From a virus (lineage: Duplodnaviria > Caudoviricetes): a DNA stretch of 62,768 nucleotides. The notes below the pieces were generated by a model. The model was given only the letters and a program-made list of their open reading frames with translations, did no database searches and had not been told where the DNA came from. Location: IMG/VR virus record IMGVR_UViG_3300033233_000038, positions 1 to 62,768 of that record. One strand, 5' to 3'. The position numbers and the translations under genes were made by a program. This document shows, piece by piece, positions 48,018 to 58,012 of the stretch (positions are counted from its first letter, which is position 1; every line of letters starts with the position of its first letter).

Positions 48018-48416
48018 TTTTTTTTTAATATCTTCGTTTATGTTATTGCCTTTCCAGATAATCCCCGCTAATTCGTGTATCAACGATAAAGGAATTCTTC
48101 CCAATATATCATCAGGCACAGCTTCAAATTCTTGGCCGAAAGCGGATACTTTTTCTGATCTGAATTCGATAGTGCCGAAATTCTTAAATCCTTTCAGCCC
48201 GTATTTGACAATGGCAAAATCAGGGCTTCCTGTTTTAATACTTTTTTCTATCTTCGGTTTTCCGTCTTCCGTAGACATTTCAAGGAATGAGCCTATCAAT
48301 TTTGATTGCGTAAAAGAATCAAGTGCCCCGATTAACCACACCGTAGGATTTTCTGAATCTTTATCTTCTTGTGCTATGTATTCTATTGTAAGCCCAATAG
48401 CTAAAGGATCTATCAT
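48015..48416 (-). CDS. Tail assembly chaperone (gpG-like)
   Basis: Position before the tape measure gene; ends AAA AAA AAA TAG. Confidence 0.75.
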   Translation of the reverse strand: MIDPLAIGLTIEYIAQEDKDSENPTVWLIGALDSFTQSKLIGSFLEMSTEDGKPKIEKSIKTGSPDFAIVKYGLKGFKNFGTIEFRSEKVSAFGQEFEAVPDDILGRIPLSLIHELAGIIWKGNNINEDIKKK

Positions 48417-48433
48417 TTTTCCAAAGCTCCTTT

Positions 48434-48907
48434 CTACTTTTTTACTCTATAACTTGTTTTTTTGGCATTACGTATCTGCTCATTAAACCAACGTATCATT
48501 CTATTATTCGCCCACTCTTCTCTTTTCTTTGATATGCCTAAGAATGGGCGAGTAATCATTCCCTGCTTGCTTGGAACGCCAATTTCCTGATGAATTAAAG
48601 CCAATAGATCTCTTGTTGGCTTCCCCCGTGCAATGACTCCTACAACGATGAGATTTTTTCTGACCTTATACGAATGTATTGCGCCAAGCATTATCCCTTT
48701 TTCTATTAAGGCGGTGCTAAAACCTTTTTTGCTGATTGTCCGCTTTGACAATGGCGTAAAAGGTTTTCCGTCAGGGCTTCGTTGCAATCGTATATTCCTG
48801 CGTGCGTCTTCAGCGATCTCATCTGATATATCCTGCAATGGGACACTCGCATCAGCAAAGTCAGGAATATACAACTCCATATCGATAGTTAACGTAAATT
48901 CACCCAT
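48434..48907 (-). CDS. Virion morphogenesis / tail completion protein
   Basis: SPDGKPFTPLS, IHQ..G and RPFLGIS. Confidence 0.8.
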   Translation of the reverse strand: MGEFTLTIDMELYIPDFADASVPLQDISDEIAEDARRNIRLQRSPDGKPFTPLSKRTISKKGFSTALIEKGIMLGAIHSYKVRKNLIVVGVIARGKPTRDLLALIHQEIGVPSKQGMITRPFLGISKKREEWANNRMIRWFNEQIRNAKKTSYRVKK

Positions 48908-48908
48908 A

Positions 48909-49931
48909 TTATGCAGAACTCGAACTACTCGAACTACTCGAACTGCTTGAACGGCATGAACTACTCGAACTAGAACATGAACTCGAAGAAGATGCCATAG
49001 TCAAAGTTAATTCATCATTACCCCCGTCAGAATTCTTGCATATCTCGCATGTCGCGTTTAATATACGTATTCCTGACCTGTCTCCTTCCGTAAGCCCTGT
49101 ATATCTGACTGCTGGCAGAGAAAATGTTACTTTATTGCTATTGATGTCTCCGATAACTATTGTCACCGCAGCGGTATTTCTCGAAAGCAATTTACTCATA
49201 AAGTCATGGCTTGATTTCTCTACCAGCTCAGGATCAAATGTCATCTGAGGATTTCTGCCGGTGATTTTTGCGTAATCAATCCCGCTTGCGTCTGAAGGAA
49301 GCGGCGATAGCACAATTTCGTTCTGCATATCGATCTCAAGATTATCAATGACCAATGTTGACCCTAAAATAGTAACTGATGCGCCCATAAACATAAGCGG
49401 CACTTGAGCAGGGTATGTTGGCGATAACATCGTTTGGTCGCTATGCTCTGAGTATTTTCCTTGAACATTGAACTCACACATTAAAGGTTCGCCAACTTTC
49501 ATTTGGAATTTAACATTTCCGGCGCAACCTAACATTGTTTTCCTGAAGCCATCTTCATACTTCGCTATTGACGCGGTAACGAAGCTGCTTGATAGAGGTA
49601 CGTAAATATTACTGACACCGACAGAGAGTGCTTCTGAAAAACCGCATATCCTGATAAACGGCGTTATCGGAAGTGTAACCCCTTTTGCAGCCGAAAGAGG
49701 CCCCATTAGTTCTGCCTTGAAAGTCAATTCCATTTTCCGTGCGCCGGGCTCTGATGCAAACCTTGACATATGCTTGACTACGGGATTACGCTTAAACTGT
49801 TCAGGGATTAAATTCATTACTGGATCATATGCCAATATCGTTGCTTCCGTTGCCGTCAATGTCTCAGCGGTGCCGCTGACGCTTTCTACTTTTCCAGCTA
49901 ATTGTGCTATACGAGTTATTTTTGGTGACAT
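48909..49931 (-). CDS. Tail tube protein with C-terminal Ser-Cys-Arg tag
   Basis: Beta-rich tube-like sequence (GCAGNVKF, GEPLMCEF, GDRSGI) and position; ends SSSSSCSSSSSSCRSSSSSSSSSSSSA. Confidence 0.8.
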   Translation of the reverse strand: MSPKITRIAQLAGKVESVSGTAETLTATEATILAYDPVMNLIPEQFKRNPVVKHMSRFASEPGARKMELTFKAELMGPLSAAKGVTLPITPFIRICGFSEALSVGVSNIYVPLSSSFVTASIAKYEDGFRKTMLGCAGNVKFQMKVGEPLMCEFNVQGKYSEHSDQTMLSPTYPAQVPLMFMGASVTILGSTLVIDNLEIDMQNEIVLSPLPSDASGIDYAKITGRNPQMTFDPELVEKSSHDFMSKLLSRNTAAVTIVIGDINSNKVTFSLPAVRYTGLTEGDRSGIRILNATCEICKNSDGGNDELTLTMASSSSSCSSSSSSCRSSSSSSSSSSSSA

Positions 49932-50761
49932 GATATTTTTAAACTCCTTTCATATTTTCTATATTCTTCTTCTGTTTTTTTACCCTTAGAAGAATTACAA
50001 CTATTATGTGCTATTGCTAAATTTTCTTTTTTGTTAGTTCCACCCCTTGACAAAGGAATTTTATGTTCTAAACTGTCTTGTCTGAATTCAATAGGCTTCA
50101 AACAAAGATAACAAGTTAATGTTCCATAGAATTTAATATTATCTTCATAGACTTGCTGGATGCGTTTAATTGATAAATCTCCTGCATTTCTTTTAAGATA
50201 TTTATATCTTTGTTTAAATATCTTTTCATATCCTTTTAATTTAGATCTTCCATTATACGGAAGTAAAATTTTTTTAGTTATTCCTTTTTCAAACTTTCTT
50301 TTTTGTCGAATTACATTATAATCTTTTCCATTTTTAAAATACCAATTTCTGCATTTCTCATTCTCTTTTTCTTTATTTTTTTGATAATATTTTTTATTAT
50401 ATTCTTTAATTTTTTCCTGATTTTCTAAACGTCTTTTTTTTATTTTATCTATATTTTTAAAATACCAAAGTTTTTTAATGGCAGCTATTTTATCTTTATT
50501 TTTAAAACGATATTGTTTCATAATCATAAAATGTCTTTCTCTATTTTTAAGATAGTATTGCTTATCATAGTTGGGGTGAAGTCTATTGTATTCTTCTTTA
50601 TATAATTTATATTTTTCTCTTTTTTGGTGGTAATACTGTTTGTAATAATTTTTTATTCTCTCTTTATTTTTTTGATGATATTGTTTAGAATATTCTTTTA
50701 AATACTCAAAATTCTTTTTTCGATATTGCTTATAATATTCTTTTCTAAATTGATAATCCAT
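49916..50761 (-). CDS. HNH endonuclease
   Basis: CYLC...EHKIPLSRGGTN..ENL...HNSCNSSKG; K/Y-rich N-terminus; very AT-rich. Confidence 0.88.
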   Translation of the reverse strand: MDYQFRKEYYKQYRKKNFEYLKEYSKQYHQKNKERIKNYYKQYYHQKREKYKLYKEEYNRLHPNYDKQYYLKNRERHFMIMKQYRFKNKDKIAAIKKLWYFKNIDKIKKRRLENQEKIKEYNKKYYQKNKEKENEKCRNWYFKNGKDYNVIRQKRKFEKGITKKILLPYNGRSKLKGYEKIFKQRYKYLKRNAGDLSIKRIQQVYEDNIKFYGTLTCYLCLKPIEFRQDSLEHKIPLSRGGTNKKENLAIAHNSCNSSKGKKTEEEYRKYERSLKISCHQK

Positions 50762-50763
50762 TA

Positions 50764-51222
50764 TTAAAATATTCTTCGTTCAACTATAGAAATTTTTATT
50801 TCTGCCATATGGCAGAGAACGCCGCCAAATTTTACCATTGTTATTGTGCCAGTCACCGGCATGTTAATTATATCACAAACTCCGTCAAGTGTTGGGTTAT
50901 TCATAAATTGCTGCACTATTGGTTCGACATAGCTATCTTGAAACACTTTATCACTTCCAAGATTATCATCTAAAGCATAAAAACCGCGTATGATAAAATT
51001 ATGAGTAGGAACTTCTATACCGCCAGAGCCACCATGTTCAACTCTTGTAAAAGATTCTCTTTCTATCTCCCACGTATTGACTTTATTGCTGCGGACAAAT
51101 AGGTATCGATATGTCGATAGATCATTACAATACCGTTTATAATCATAAACAGTCCCTAAGCTCGAGGTAATAACAACCTCTATCTTAGTCTTGATTTTTG
51201 CCCTGATAATACTTAAGCTCAT
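50764..51222 (-). CDS. Putative tail terminator
   Basis: Size, position and a C-terminal FGGVLCHMAEI. Confidence 0.6.
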   Translation of the reverse strand: MSLSIIRAKIKTKIEVVITSSLGTVYDYKRYCNDLSTYRYLFVRSNKVNTWEIERESFTRVEHGGSGGIEVPTHNFIIRGFYALDDNLGSDKVFQDSYVEPIVQQFMNNPTLDGVCDIINMPVTGTITMVKFGGVLCHMAEIKISIVERRIF

Positions 51223-51307
51223 TGATATTTAAGACAGAAGGATAGAAACGTAGGAATGATGATTTCTATCTCCGCCTTATCTCCAAATCTCTTTGTTCAG
51301 GGGTAGG

Positions 51308-52030
51308 TTAGCGCTGCCTTATGGGATGAGTGAGGTAATCTTCACCCCAAGGATATGAAACGTCGAAATCCTTCAATACAACACCAGCAGACGCCGCTGC
51401 GGCGCCTTCCGCTTCCTTGCCTATGCCCATAAGAGAATTATATATTGCAAGTTTTTCTTTGGCCAAGGCAGTATAAATATCGGATTTGCGCTGGTAGTCA
51501 ATGACATCCGCATCAATAGAAGGATCTGTCGTTTGCGCGAATTGTGCCGCAAGAGCCCAGAAACAAAGAGCAGCAGTAAGTGTTACAACTGCCTCTATGT
51601 CATTATCAATTATCGTATTCGTTGTATCATTTAAAGTATGAGGTACTGTATAGATTAAACGCGCTTTTTTATTGAGAGATGGAATAAACGTAGTAAAACG
51701 TATATATTTTGTCGTAACAGTCGTTACTAATTTTCTAAAGAACACCCACTCATCATCTTCAATATAAGTTGGATTTTGATAATCATCCGCAGGATATTCT
51801 ATCTTACCAATAATATTCGAAAATCCATCAATCCAAGATGAAGGCATTGCAAAATCGTAAGAAGTACCATCGCCGGTTATCTCATGGACTATTTCAAGAG
51901 GCCTATCTTTCGCATAAATTAATACAGCCTGAGATAACAAACGAGATTTATCATCAGGCTGTAATTTTTCTGCTGTATCTTGTAACGCAGTCTCTAATCT
52001 AGTAAGATAGTCCTCTTTCGTCATCGGCAT
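51308..52030 (-). CDS. Putative head-tail adaptor
   Basis: Position after the capsid accessory genes; helical ends with a beta insert. Confidence 0.55.
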   Translation of the reverse strand: MPMTKEDYLTRLETALQDTAEKLQPDDKSRLLSQAVLIYAKDRPLEIVHEITGDGTSYDFAMPSSWIDGFSNIIGKIEYPADDYQNPTYIEDDEWVFFRKLVTTVTTKYIRFTTFIPSLNKKARLIYTVPHTLNDTTNTIIDNDIEAVVTLTAALCFWALAAQFAQTTDPSIDADVIDYQRKSDIYTALAKEKLAIYNSLMGIGKEAEGAAAASAGVVLKDFDVSYPWGEDYLTHPIRQR

Positions 52031-52041
52031 ATATCATCTCC

Positions 52042-52347
52042 TTACTTAGTGCTGGAACTAGAAGAACTCGAACTCGATGAAGATACTGACTTAGAAGAAG
52101 AACTAGAGCTCGAAGAACTTGATGACGATGAACGGCATGACGATGAGCTAGAACTGCTTGAACTGGAATAATCTGTTAAGCCATCTTTGATTGCTGAAGT
52201 TCCAATCAAAATTACCTTCTTGCGGTACGTCATAATGATATTGCAATCCTCTTTTCTGAAGTTATATGCACCGCAAAGAATTCCTTCACAAGTTATCCCA
52301 TTCCCAACGTTATTTTTAAACGGACATCGGTAAGTAGGTGCTGACAT
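52042..52347 (-). CDS. Small Cys-rich protein with C-terminal Ser tract
   Basis: CPF..C...C.....C N-terminus and a ~38-residue Ser tail. Confidence 0.7.
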   Translation of the reverse strand: MSAPTYRCPFKNNVGNGITCEGILCGAYNFRKEDCNIIMTYRKKVILIGTSAIKDGLTDYSSSSSSSSSSCRSSSSSSSSSSSSSKSVSSSSSSSSSSSTK

Positions 52348-52356
52348 TTATTCTCC

Positions 52357-53034
52357 TTACTTAGTACTTGAACTGCTTGAACTGCTTCTGCAACTTGAAC
52401 TGCTTGAGCTCGATGAACGACTTGAGCTGCTTGAGCTTAATGAACTACTTGAGCTTGATGAACTTCTACAGCTACTTGAGCTGGAACTACTAGACCTGCA
52501 AGAACTACTTGAGCTCGATGAGCTGCTTGAACGGCATGAGCTGCTTGAACTCGATGAGCTGCTTGAAATACTGGAGCTGCTGCTTGAAATACTGGAGCTG
52601 CTGCTTGAACGGCATGAGCTGCTGCTTGAACGGCATGAGCTGCTTGAGCTGCTGCTCGACCTACAAGAGCTGGATGAACTTGATGTAGCGCCAGTTACAC
52701 TTACGCTAACTGCATACCAATATGACCCATCACACCAAAAATCACATGTATCATAATGATACAAGACTACAGTGTCATAACTAGCACCGCCGCCGCCAAA
52801 ACCGCCGGAAACAAATACATTCCCTCTATCGGTGACATGGACATAAATGCTTACGCCTTTTAATGCTGCTGAAGCGGCAGGGAGTGTTAATGTAGCATTT
52901 GTACTGAGGACAATAAATGAATAGCCATATCGAAGTATATCTTCTTCTGTCAGAGAATAATCTGATGATTTAGAAAGCGATGAACCTCCGCGACGTTGTG
53001 CAACAAAATATTTATAGCGAATCTTTTTTGCCAT
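52357..53034 (-). CDS. Putative capsid decoration/head fibre protein with a ~105-aa Ser-Cys-Arg tail
   Basis: TLTLPAA...WCDGSYW domain, paralogous to 53098-53448. Confidence 0.75.
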   Translation of the reverse strand: MAKKIRYKYFVAQRRGGSSLSKSSDYSLTEEDILRYGYSFIVLSTNATLTLPAASAALKGVSIYVHVTDRGNVFVSGGFGGGGASYDTVVLYHYDTCDFWCDGSYWYAVSVSVTGATSSSSSSCRSSSSSSSSCRSSSSSCRSSSSSSISSSSSSISSSSSSSSSSCRSSSSSSSSSSCRSSSSSSSSCRSSSSSSSSLSSSSSSRSSSSSSSSCRSSSSSSSTK

Positions 53035-53097
53035 TAACCAACCTCCTTAACGTTAAGTATTTTTCAACTTAACAGCTGTGCTTTTCAGCCATTGCCA

Positions 53098-53448
53098 TTA
53101 AGAAGAGGTGACAGCTTCAGATAATGCATACCAATAAGAGCCATCACACCAAACCTTTACTGCATTATAAGCTCCTATAGTTACTGTATCATAACTAGCA
53201 CCACCACCACCAAAACCAGCAACTACAGCGACTTTACTAGATGCATTATTACCATGAACTAATACACTAACACCAGTCAGGGAAACTTCAGCTGCCGGAA
53301 GCGTCAATGTATAAGCACCATTGATTATGATAAAACTAGACCCTTGGGCATTAATATCATCCGCAGTCAATGTTGTATTGGCCGCAATAGTTTTTGCTGT
53401 TCCTCGTTGCTCTGCGATAAAATATTTTTGTCTTGAATATTTTGCCAT
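53098..53448 (-). CDS. Putative capsid decoration/head fibre protein without Ser tail
   Basis: TLTLPAA, GFGGGGASYDTV and WCDGSYW; directly after the capsid gene. Confidence 0.72.
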   Translation of the reverse strand: MAKYSRQKYFIAEQRGTAKTIAANTTLTADDINAQGSSFIIINGAYTLTLPAAEVSLTGVSVLVHGNNASSKVAVVAGFGGGGASYDTVTIGAYNAVKVWCDGSYWYALSEAVTSS

Positions 53449-53534
53449 CTTTCCTCCTTAATCTTAAGCATTTTTCGGCTTAATAAGCTGTACCCCGCGC
53501 CGTTATGGCGCGGGGCCATCGCCATTAATTAGGC

Positions 53535-56123
53535 TTACACTCCGGAAACTATACTTGCTGCAAAAGCTCTGAAATCAATAACCGCTCCGCCGTATTCGTG
53601 ACGTACCTTATAGCGAATCGTATCGTACGTAAACACGTTTCCGACAGTCGGTTGATCCTGCACAAGAATCTCAGGCTCTTCTCGTCCATTAAGAAAACCT
53701 ATTTCAAGGCCTTCGATATCTTTCGGTAATGCTGAAAGATAGTAATTATTCTCATCACCCCTTAAGTAAGGGCTTACTTGGACATCGAACGAATCACGGA
53801 TAGTATTGACTGCGCGCTCTGCGCCTTCTGGATTGAACTCAGAATCTTTTAGTTGAAGTGCTGTACCACGAAGGGATCGAGGCACCCAAAGGGTAGGATT
53901 CTGCAATGCAATAATCTGTGTTACCTTACGAACATCAACACCGACTATATGCTGCGCATCAGTAGTGCCATACATACCGCGTGCAATCGTCAAAGTGGCT
54001 GAACCATCAGAAGCATCCACTCTGGCAATTTCGCCATCCATCCAAATCAAATCGCCTGCTTTAAAATATGCGGCCCCGCCTGCGGTAATAACTAAAGAAG
54101 TTCCTGCTGCTTCTAGCTGCGTTGCTACGTCAGACTTATAACCCCATTCACATTGGAAGTACATTTTATCAAGCAAAGAACTGAGGTTATCATAGCCAAG
54201 CGCAGTAGTTTGATAATTTTTATGTACCGTTGCATAAGGTGCTATACCATCATAAATCGTCGCAGCATTGATACCAGACGCATTATAGCCTAACATCAAA
54301 TCGAATACGAACTGATTCAATGTATATGCTGCTGCCTTACCGACTTTACCCGGGATACCAGTTAATACCTTCAGGTCATCATCGATAATCATTCTTCTGG
54401 TTACTGTAATCATACCACCTTTCGTCATCACTGCATAGGTGGCCTCTTCATCCGTTGGGAAGCCGAGTTCTGGATATGTCGGCGTAGCCGAATCAATAGG
54501 AGTCCCAGCAACAGTCCGTGCTGCTTGCACAGTTGGAAGAACACCGAATCCACCCCAACGAATCCTCTCTTGGAGTTTAAAATCTTTAATAGGTACTTTA
54601 ATACCTATTTTTTCCCAAAGAGGATCTATCTTTTTATATTCAGGAATCATGCGGCGCTGCATTGAAAAACCCAATGCGTAAGAGAAATCTGCTTCCGTTG
54701 CTTCCTGTAATCGTGCCATTGCTTTTGGCCCTAGCCGGCCGCTAATACCCGGATCGTCGGTATAAACAACATAAGCCTCTCTTAACGAAGTGAATCCATC
54801 AATGTCTTTATACTTATCCTTTTCTGCTTCTACTGGAACATGGCCTAGCATTAAATCCATCGATGCCTGCAATCTCGTGATTGGTTCATTTTCAACAAAA
54901 GCACCACTCCCGCCATCACCAAGATCAATCGTTGCACCGCTTTCTACCAGTTTTGCAAGAGTTTCTTGCTCGATTTTAATTGATTCTTTCAAATCAGCTT
55001 CTTGAAAGATTTTCGTCTCGAAAGAATTGCGGATTTTGTGTTTTACCGGTTCAGGCAAATTGGCTTCAGATAATGCTAATTCAAGCATTTCTTTGCACTC
55101 TCTCTGCTTCATTTTTTTGTCAATGTCAGCCATCTTGGCTTCAAGATCTTTGTTCTTCTTGTCTGCTTCATCCTGTTTCTTTTTTGCTTCTTGGGCTGTT
55201 TCAGTGTCTTGTTTTGCTTTTAATAATTCCTGTTTCTTTTTCAGTTGCTCTGGCGTACATTTCTCATCAGGCAGTTGCATTAATTCTTCGTCTGTCATTT
55301 CTTTTACCTTTATAATAGCATTTAAAAGCTGCTCAGCTTCATCATATTTCTTATCCTTAATCTTTCCTACAAGCGTTTCCAATTCTTTTGTTTTTTCAGA
55401 CTTTTTGTCTTTTGCCTCTGAAAGGACTGACTCAAATATCCCAAGAACTTCTTCTTCAGTGATATTTGCGATGTCAATGCTTTCAAGTAATTTTGGCTTC
55501 CATGCTTTTAATGCTTCCAAAATTTTCTTAAACATTTGTTCAACGCCTCCTTTTTGGTTAATGCTTTCTATGAGTTGTAACAGCCCTCCGCCAGCGGCTG
55601 GCTGAGTTACGAAATCGGTACTATATACTTTTGTGATCCCGTTTACAACCGTAACCGGTTGCCCGTTTAACATGCGTACTTGAGAGGGGCCTTCTACATT
55701 TATGGATAAGCCTAGAAGATTCTTTAATCCTTTCTTCCAAGCCTCAACAAGCATTTGCTTCAATTCCGCGACTTTGCTATTATTCTCTAATAAATGCAAA
55801 TGCCCTGTAAGGCCGGTGACTTGTCTGCCTTCAACACTTACTGTCTCAAATTTGACATTCTCAAGCCATCCAGCAGTTTGTAGAGGAAATCCTTCTGGGC
55901 GAATTTTCTCTATGGATAAAGGTATATGGTCAAATTTGTTTCCTTTCCATTCATAGAAACAAACCTTTGATTTTTCGAATAGAGGGGTTGCTTTTTGGAG
56001 TGCTTCTTTGGAATAGTATTTACCATTTTTCGACATACCTTCTTCAATGATAATTACTTTCCAAATATCGCCTGAGGGAGAGCTTTCAAGAAACGCGGTA
56101 ATACCGAATTGTCTTAATATCAT
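53535..56123 (-). CDS. Fused prohead protease/scaffold + major capsid protein (Mu gpT-like)
   Basis: Protease-like N-terminus (GMSKNGKYY, GLSIN, STDFVTQPAAGG), charged coiled linker and capsid motifs (VTRRMIIDDDL, YKVRHEYGG). Confidence 0.85.
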   Translation of the reverse strand: MILRQFGITAFLESSPSGDIWKVIIIEEGMSKNGKYYSKEALQKATPLFEKSKVCFYEWKGNKFDHIPLSIEKIRPEGFPLQTAGWLENVKFETVSVEGRQVTGLTGHLHLLENNSKVAELKQMLVEAWKKGLKNLLGLSINVEGPSQVRMLNGQPVTVVNGITKVYSTDFVTQPAAGGGLLQLIESINQKGGVEQMFKKILEALKAWKPKLLESIDIANITEEEVLGIFESVLSEAKDKKSEKTKELETLVGKIKDKKYDEAEQLLNAIIKVKEMTDEELMQLPDEKCTPEQLKKKQELLKAKQDTETAQEAKKKQDEADKKNKDLEAKMADIDKKMKQRECKEMLELALSEANLPEPVKHKIRNSFETKIFQEADLKESIKIEQETLAKLVESGATIDLGDGGSGAFVENEPITRLQASMDLMLGHVPVEAEKDKYKDIDGFTSLREAYVVYTDDPGISGRLGPKAMARLQEATEADFSYALGFSMQRRMIPEYKKIDPLWEKIGIKVPIKDFKLQERIRWGGFGVLPTVQAARTVAGTPIDSATPTYPELGFPTDEEATYAVMTKGGMITVTRRMIIDDDLKVLTGIPGKVGKAAAYTLNQFVFDLMLGYNASGINAATIYDGIAPYATVHKNYQTTALGYDNLSSLLDKMYFQCEWGYKSDVATQLEAAGTSLVITAGGAAYFKAGDLIWMDGEIARVDASDGSATLTIARGMYGTTDAQHIVGVDVRKVTQIIALQNPTLWVPRSLRGTALQLKDSEFNPEGAERAVNTIRDSFDVQVSPYLRGDENNYYLSALPKDIEGLEIGFLNGREEPEILVQDQPTVGNVFTYDTIRYKVRHEYGGAVIDFRAFAASIVSGV

Positions 56124-56437
56124 ATAATTTGACCGGCTAACTCTTTTGTGACCCGTTTAATTAAAGATTTACGATCTTCTTCTTTGCTCGGTTCACTTGC
56201 CGGCTCAAATGATATATAACTTATTTCATGAGATTTTAACCATTGTTTTGCTTCTTCTGCAGTAAACTGATTTTTTTTAAAGCGATATGACTGTACCTTC
56301 ATAGGTTTCGTATTATCACCTTTTGATCTTTGTAAAACAATATCAATGCCCGGAGATATGTTTTTACGAGCGTAGACAGAGGAATTCTGAGGAAGAGGTT
56401 GAACTATTCTTGCAGAATGTTCTGAAGGATATGGCAA
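56120..56437 (-). CDS. Head-module hypothetical protein
   Basis: PYPSEHSARI and QSYRF...FT.EEAKQWL; AGGAG RBS with TTG start. Confidence 0.7.
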   Translation of the reverse strand: MPYPSEHSARIVQPLPQNSSVYARKNISPGIDIVLQRSKGDNTKPMKVQSYRFKKNQFTAEEAKQWLKSHEISYISFEPASEPSKEEDRKSLIKRVTKELAGQII

Positions 56438-56497
56438 ATTAATCTCCTTATTATATACTTCTATCTAGTATAAATAAAACACATAACAAAGATTTTG

Positions 56498-58012
56498 TCA
56501 AGATAATTTTTTAAATGTCCAAAAATCTGAACATTCTGTATCTCTTTTTGCAGTATATATACCTTTCAGCTTCTCGCCCGAAAACTCTATTGTTTTCTCT
56601 AACTCAGAACTCTCTAATATCGAGATACTGCCCTCATCGAATTTTTTAATCCACGATGGCTCTGGAGATGAATTAAATGGTGACTTCGGTAAAAGAAAGG
56701 CCACACTTTCGTATAAACGCAACGATTGAGATGGCTTAATATAAAAGTAATTTTCTTTTGATTCTCCAAGTAAATCTTTGCTCATACATAGTTCAATTCC
56801 TAAATCAGTAGATACAAAGAAATCTTGCATTGATATACTTTCTTGATTTTTATTCTTCCACCATTGTTTTAAATAAGAGAATTTACCAATATTTTTCTCT
56901 ATCTCTTTTACTTTTATATGGAATTTATATCCACGATAATCGATACCACTATCTTTCAATTCTTTTAACGTCTTAAACTCTTTTATATCGCCATCCGGCT
57001 GAGGCACTGAATAACCATAGTCCGCATACTTATCAAAAAGCTCTAAAGCAAATGGTGTCATCTTGTCAGGATAAAAATCTGTCTTTCCAGTTTCTACTAA
57101 TTTAGACAGGCAATTCCTGAATGAACTTTTCAGCTGCTCAAATGATTGTTTTGCTTCATCACCTCTACGCTTGGAAGCATATAGTTTAAGTATTTCCTTG
57201 AATTCTTTTAATAATTCATCATCACTTTCTTTATAAATAGTAGAAAGATTTTCCACACTAAAGAATTCAGCAGCATCACGCATATCCTCAATATCTGCTT
57301 CTGACTCAAGGAAGGAACTGTTTTGTTTCATCGGATAATTCGTTATTACCAATTCACTCTTTCTCGTCATGTGCCCTGCTGAAGGCGCCGCAAGATTGTA
57401 TTGAGATAAAATTTTACGATAATACTTTGATTCTTTCCATCCATCACAAACCTCATAAGTAATCATCCATTTACCCGGGATGGTCTTGGTAAATGATTCA
57501 AACTCTTCCTGTGTAGGACACCATTTCCAATTCATCTTCGCCGATGGATACGGTGGATCAAGAAATGTGAATGACTCATCATTGGAATATTTCTTGACAA
57601 AATCCTTGTAATCCATATTTTCTATTTTGACTCCAGCAAGGCGTTCCTTGATTTTCATAAGTCGTGTCGGGACCTTCATTACTTCGCCTTCAGCCCTATC
57701 ATCATAAGAACGCATCACTCCTGCATCACTTGCACATTTCAAATAGACGTAGCGGTAGAATTGATATGACGGATCTTTATTAGAAGGAGCTTCTTTATAC
57801 GCAGTAAGCAATTTACCAAATGTTTCTTTGCTTGTCCTCCAGTCCATCTTAATTAATGCTTCTACTTGCTGTTCAGAAATGTTCTGCATGAAATTAAAAC
57901 AGAAGTATAACTCTTCGTCTTTATCATTGATGAATTCCCCTTCTGTTTTTTTCTTTCTCATCAATACACTGCCGCCGCCAATAAACGGCTCAACTTTCAG
58001 GTTCTTCTTCAT
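56498..58012 (-). CDS. Dam-like (D12 class) DNA adenine methyltransferase fused to an unknown C-terminal region
   Basis: VEPFIGGGSV, IND, IENMDY and FLDPPY; N-terminus appears short. Confidence 0.8.
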   Translation of the reverse strand: MKKNLKVEPFIGGGSVLMRKKKTEGEFINDKDEELYFCFNFMQNISEQQVEALIKMDWRTSKETFGKLLTAYKEAPSNKDPSYQFYRYVYLKCASDAGVMRSYDDRAEGEVMKVPTRLMKIKERLAGVKIENMDYKDFVKKYSNDESFTFLDPPYPSAKMNWKWCPTQEEFESFTKTIPGKWMITYEVCDGWKESKYYRKILSQYNLAAPSAGHMTRKSELVITNYPMKQNSSFLESEADIEDMRDAAEFFSVENLSTIYKESDDELLKEFKEILKLYASKRRGDEAKQSFEQLKSSFRNCLSKLVETGKTDFYPDKMTPFALELFDKYADYGYSVPQPDGDIKEFKTLKELKDSGIDYRGYKFHIKVKEIEKNIGKFSYLKQWWKNKNQESISMQDFFVSTDLGIELCMSKDLLGESKENYFYIKPSQSLRLYESVAFLLPKSPFNSSPEPSWIKKFDEGSISILESSELEKTIEFSGEKLKGIYTAKRDTECSDFWTFKKLS

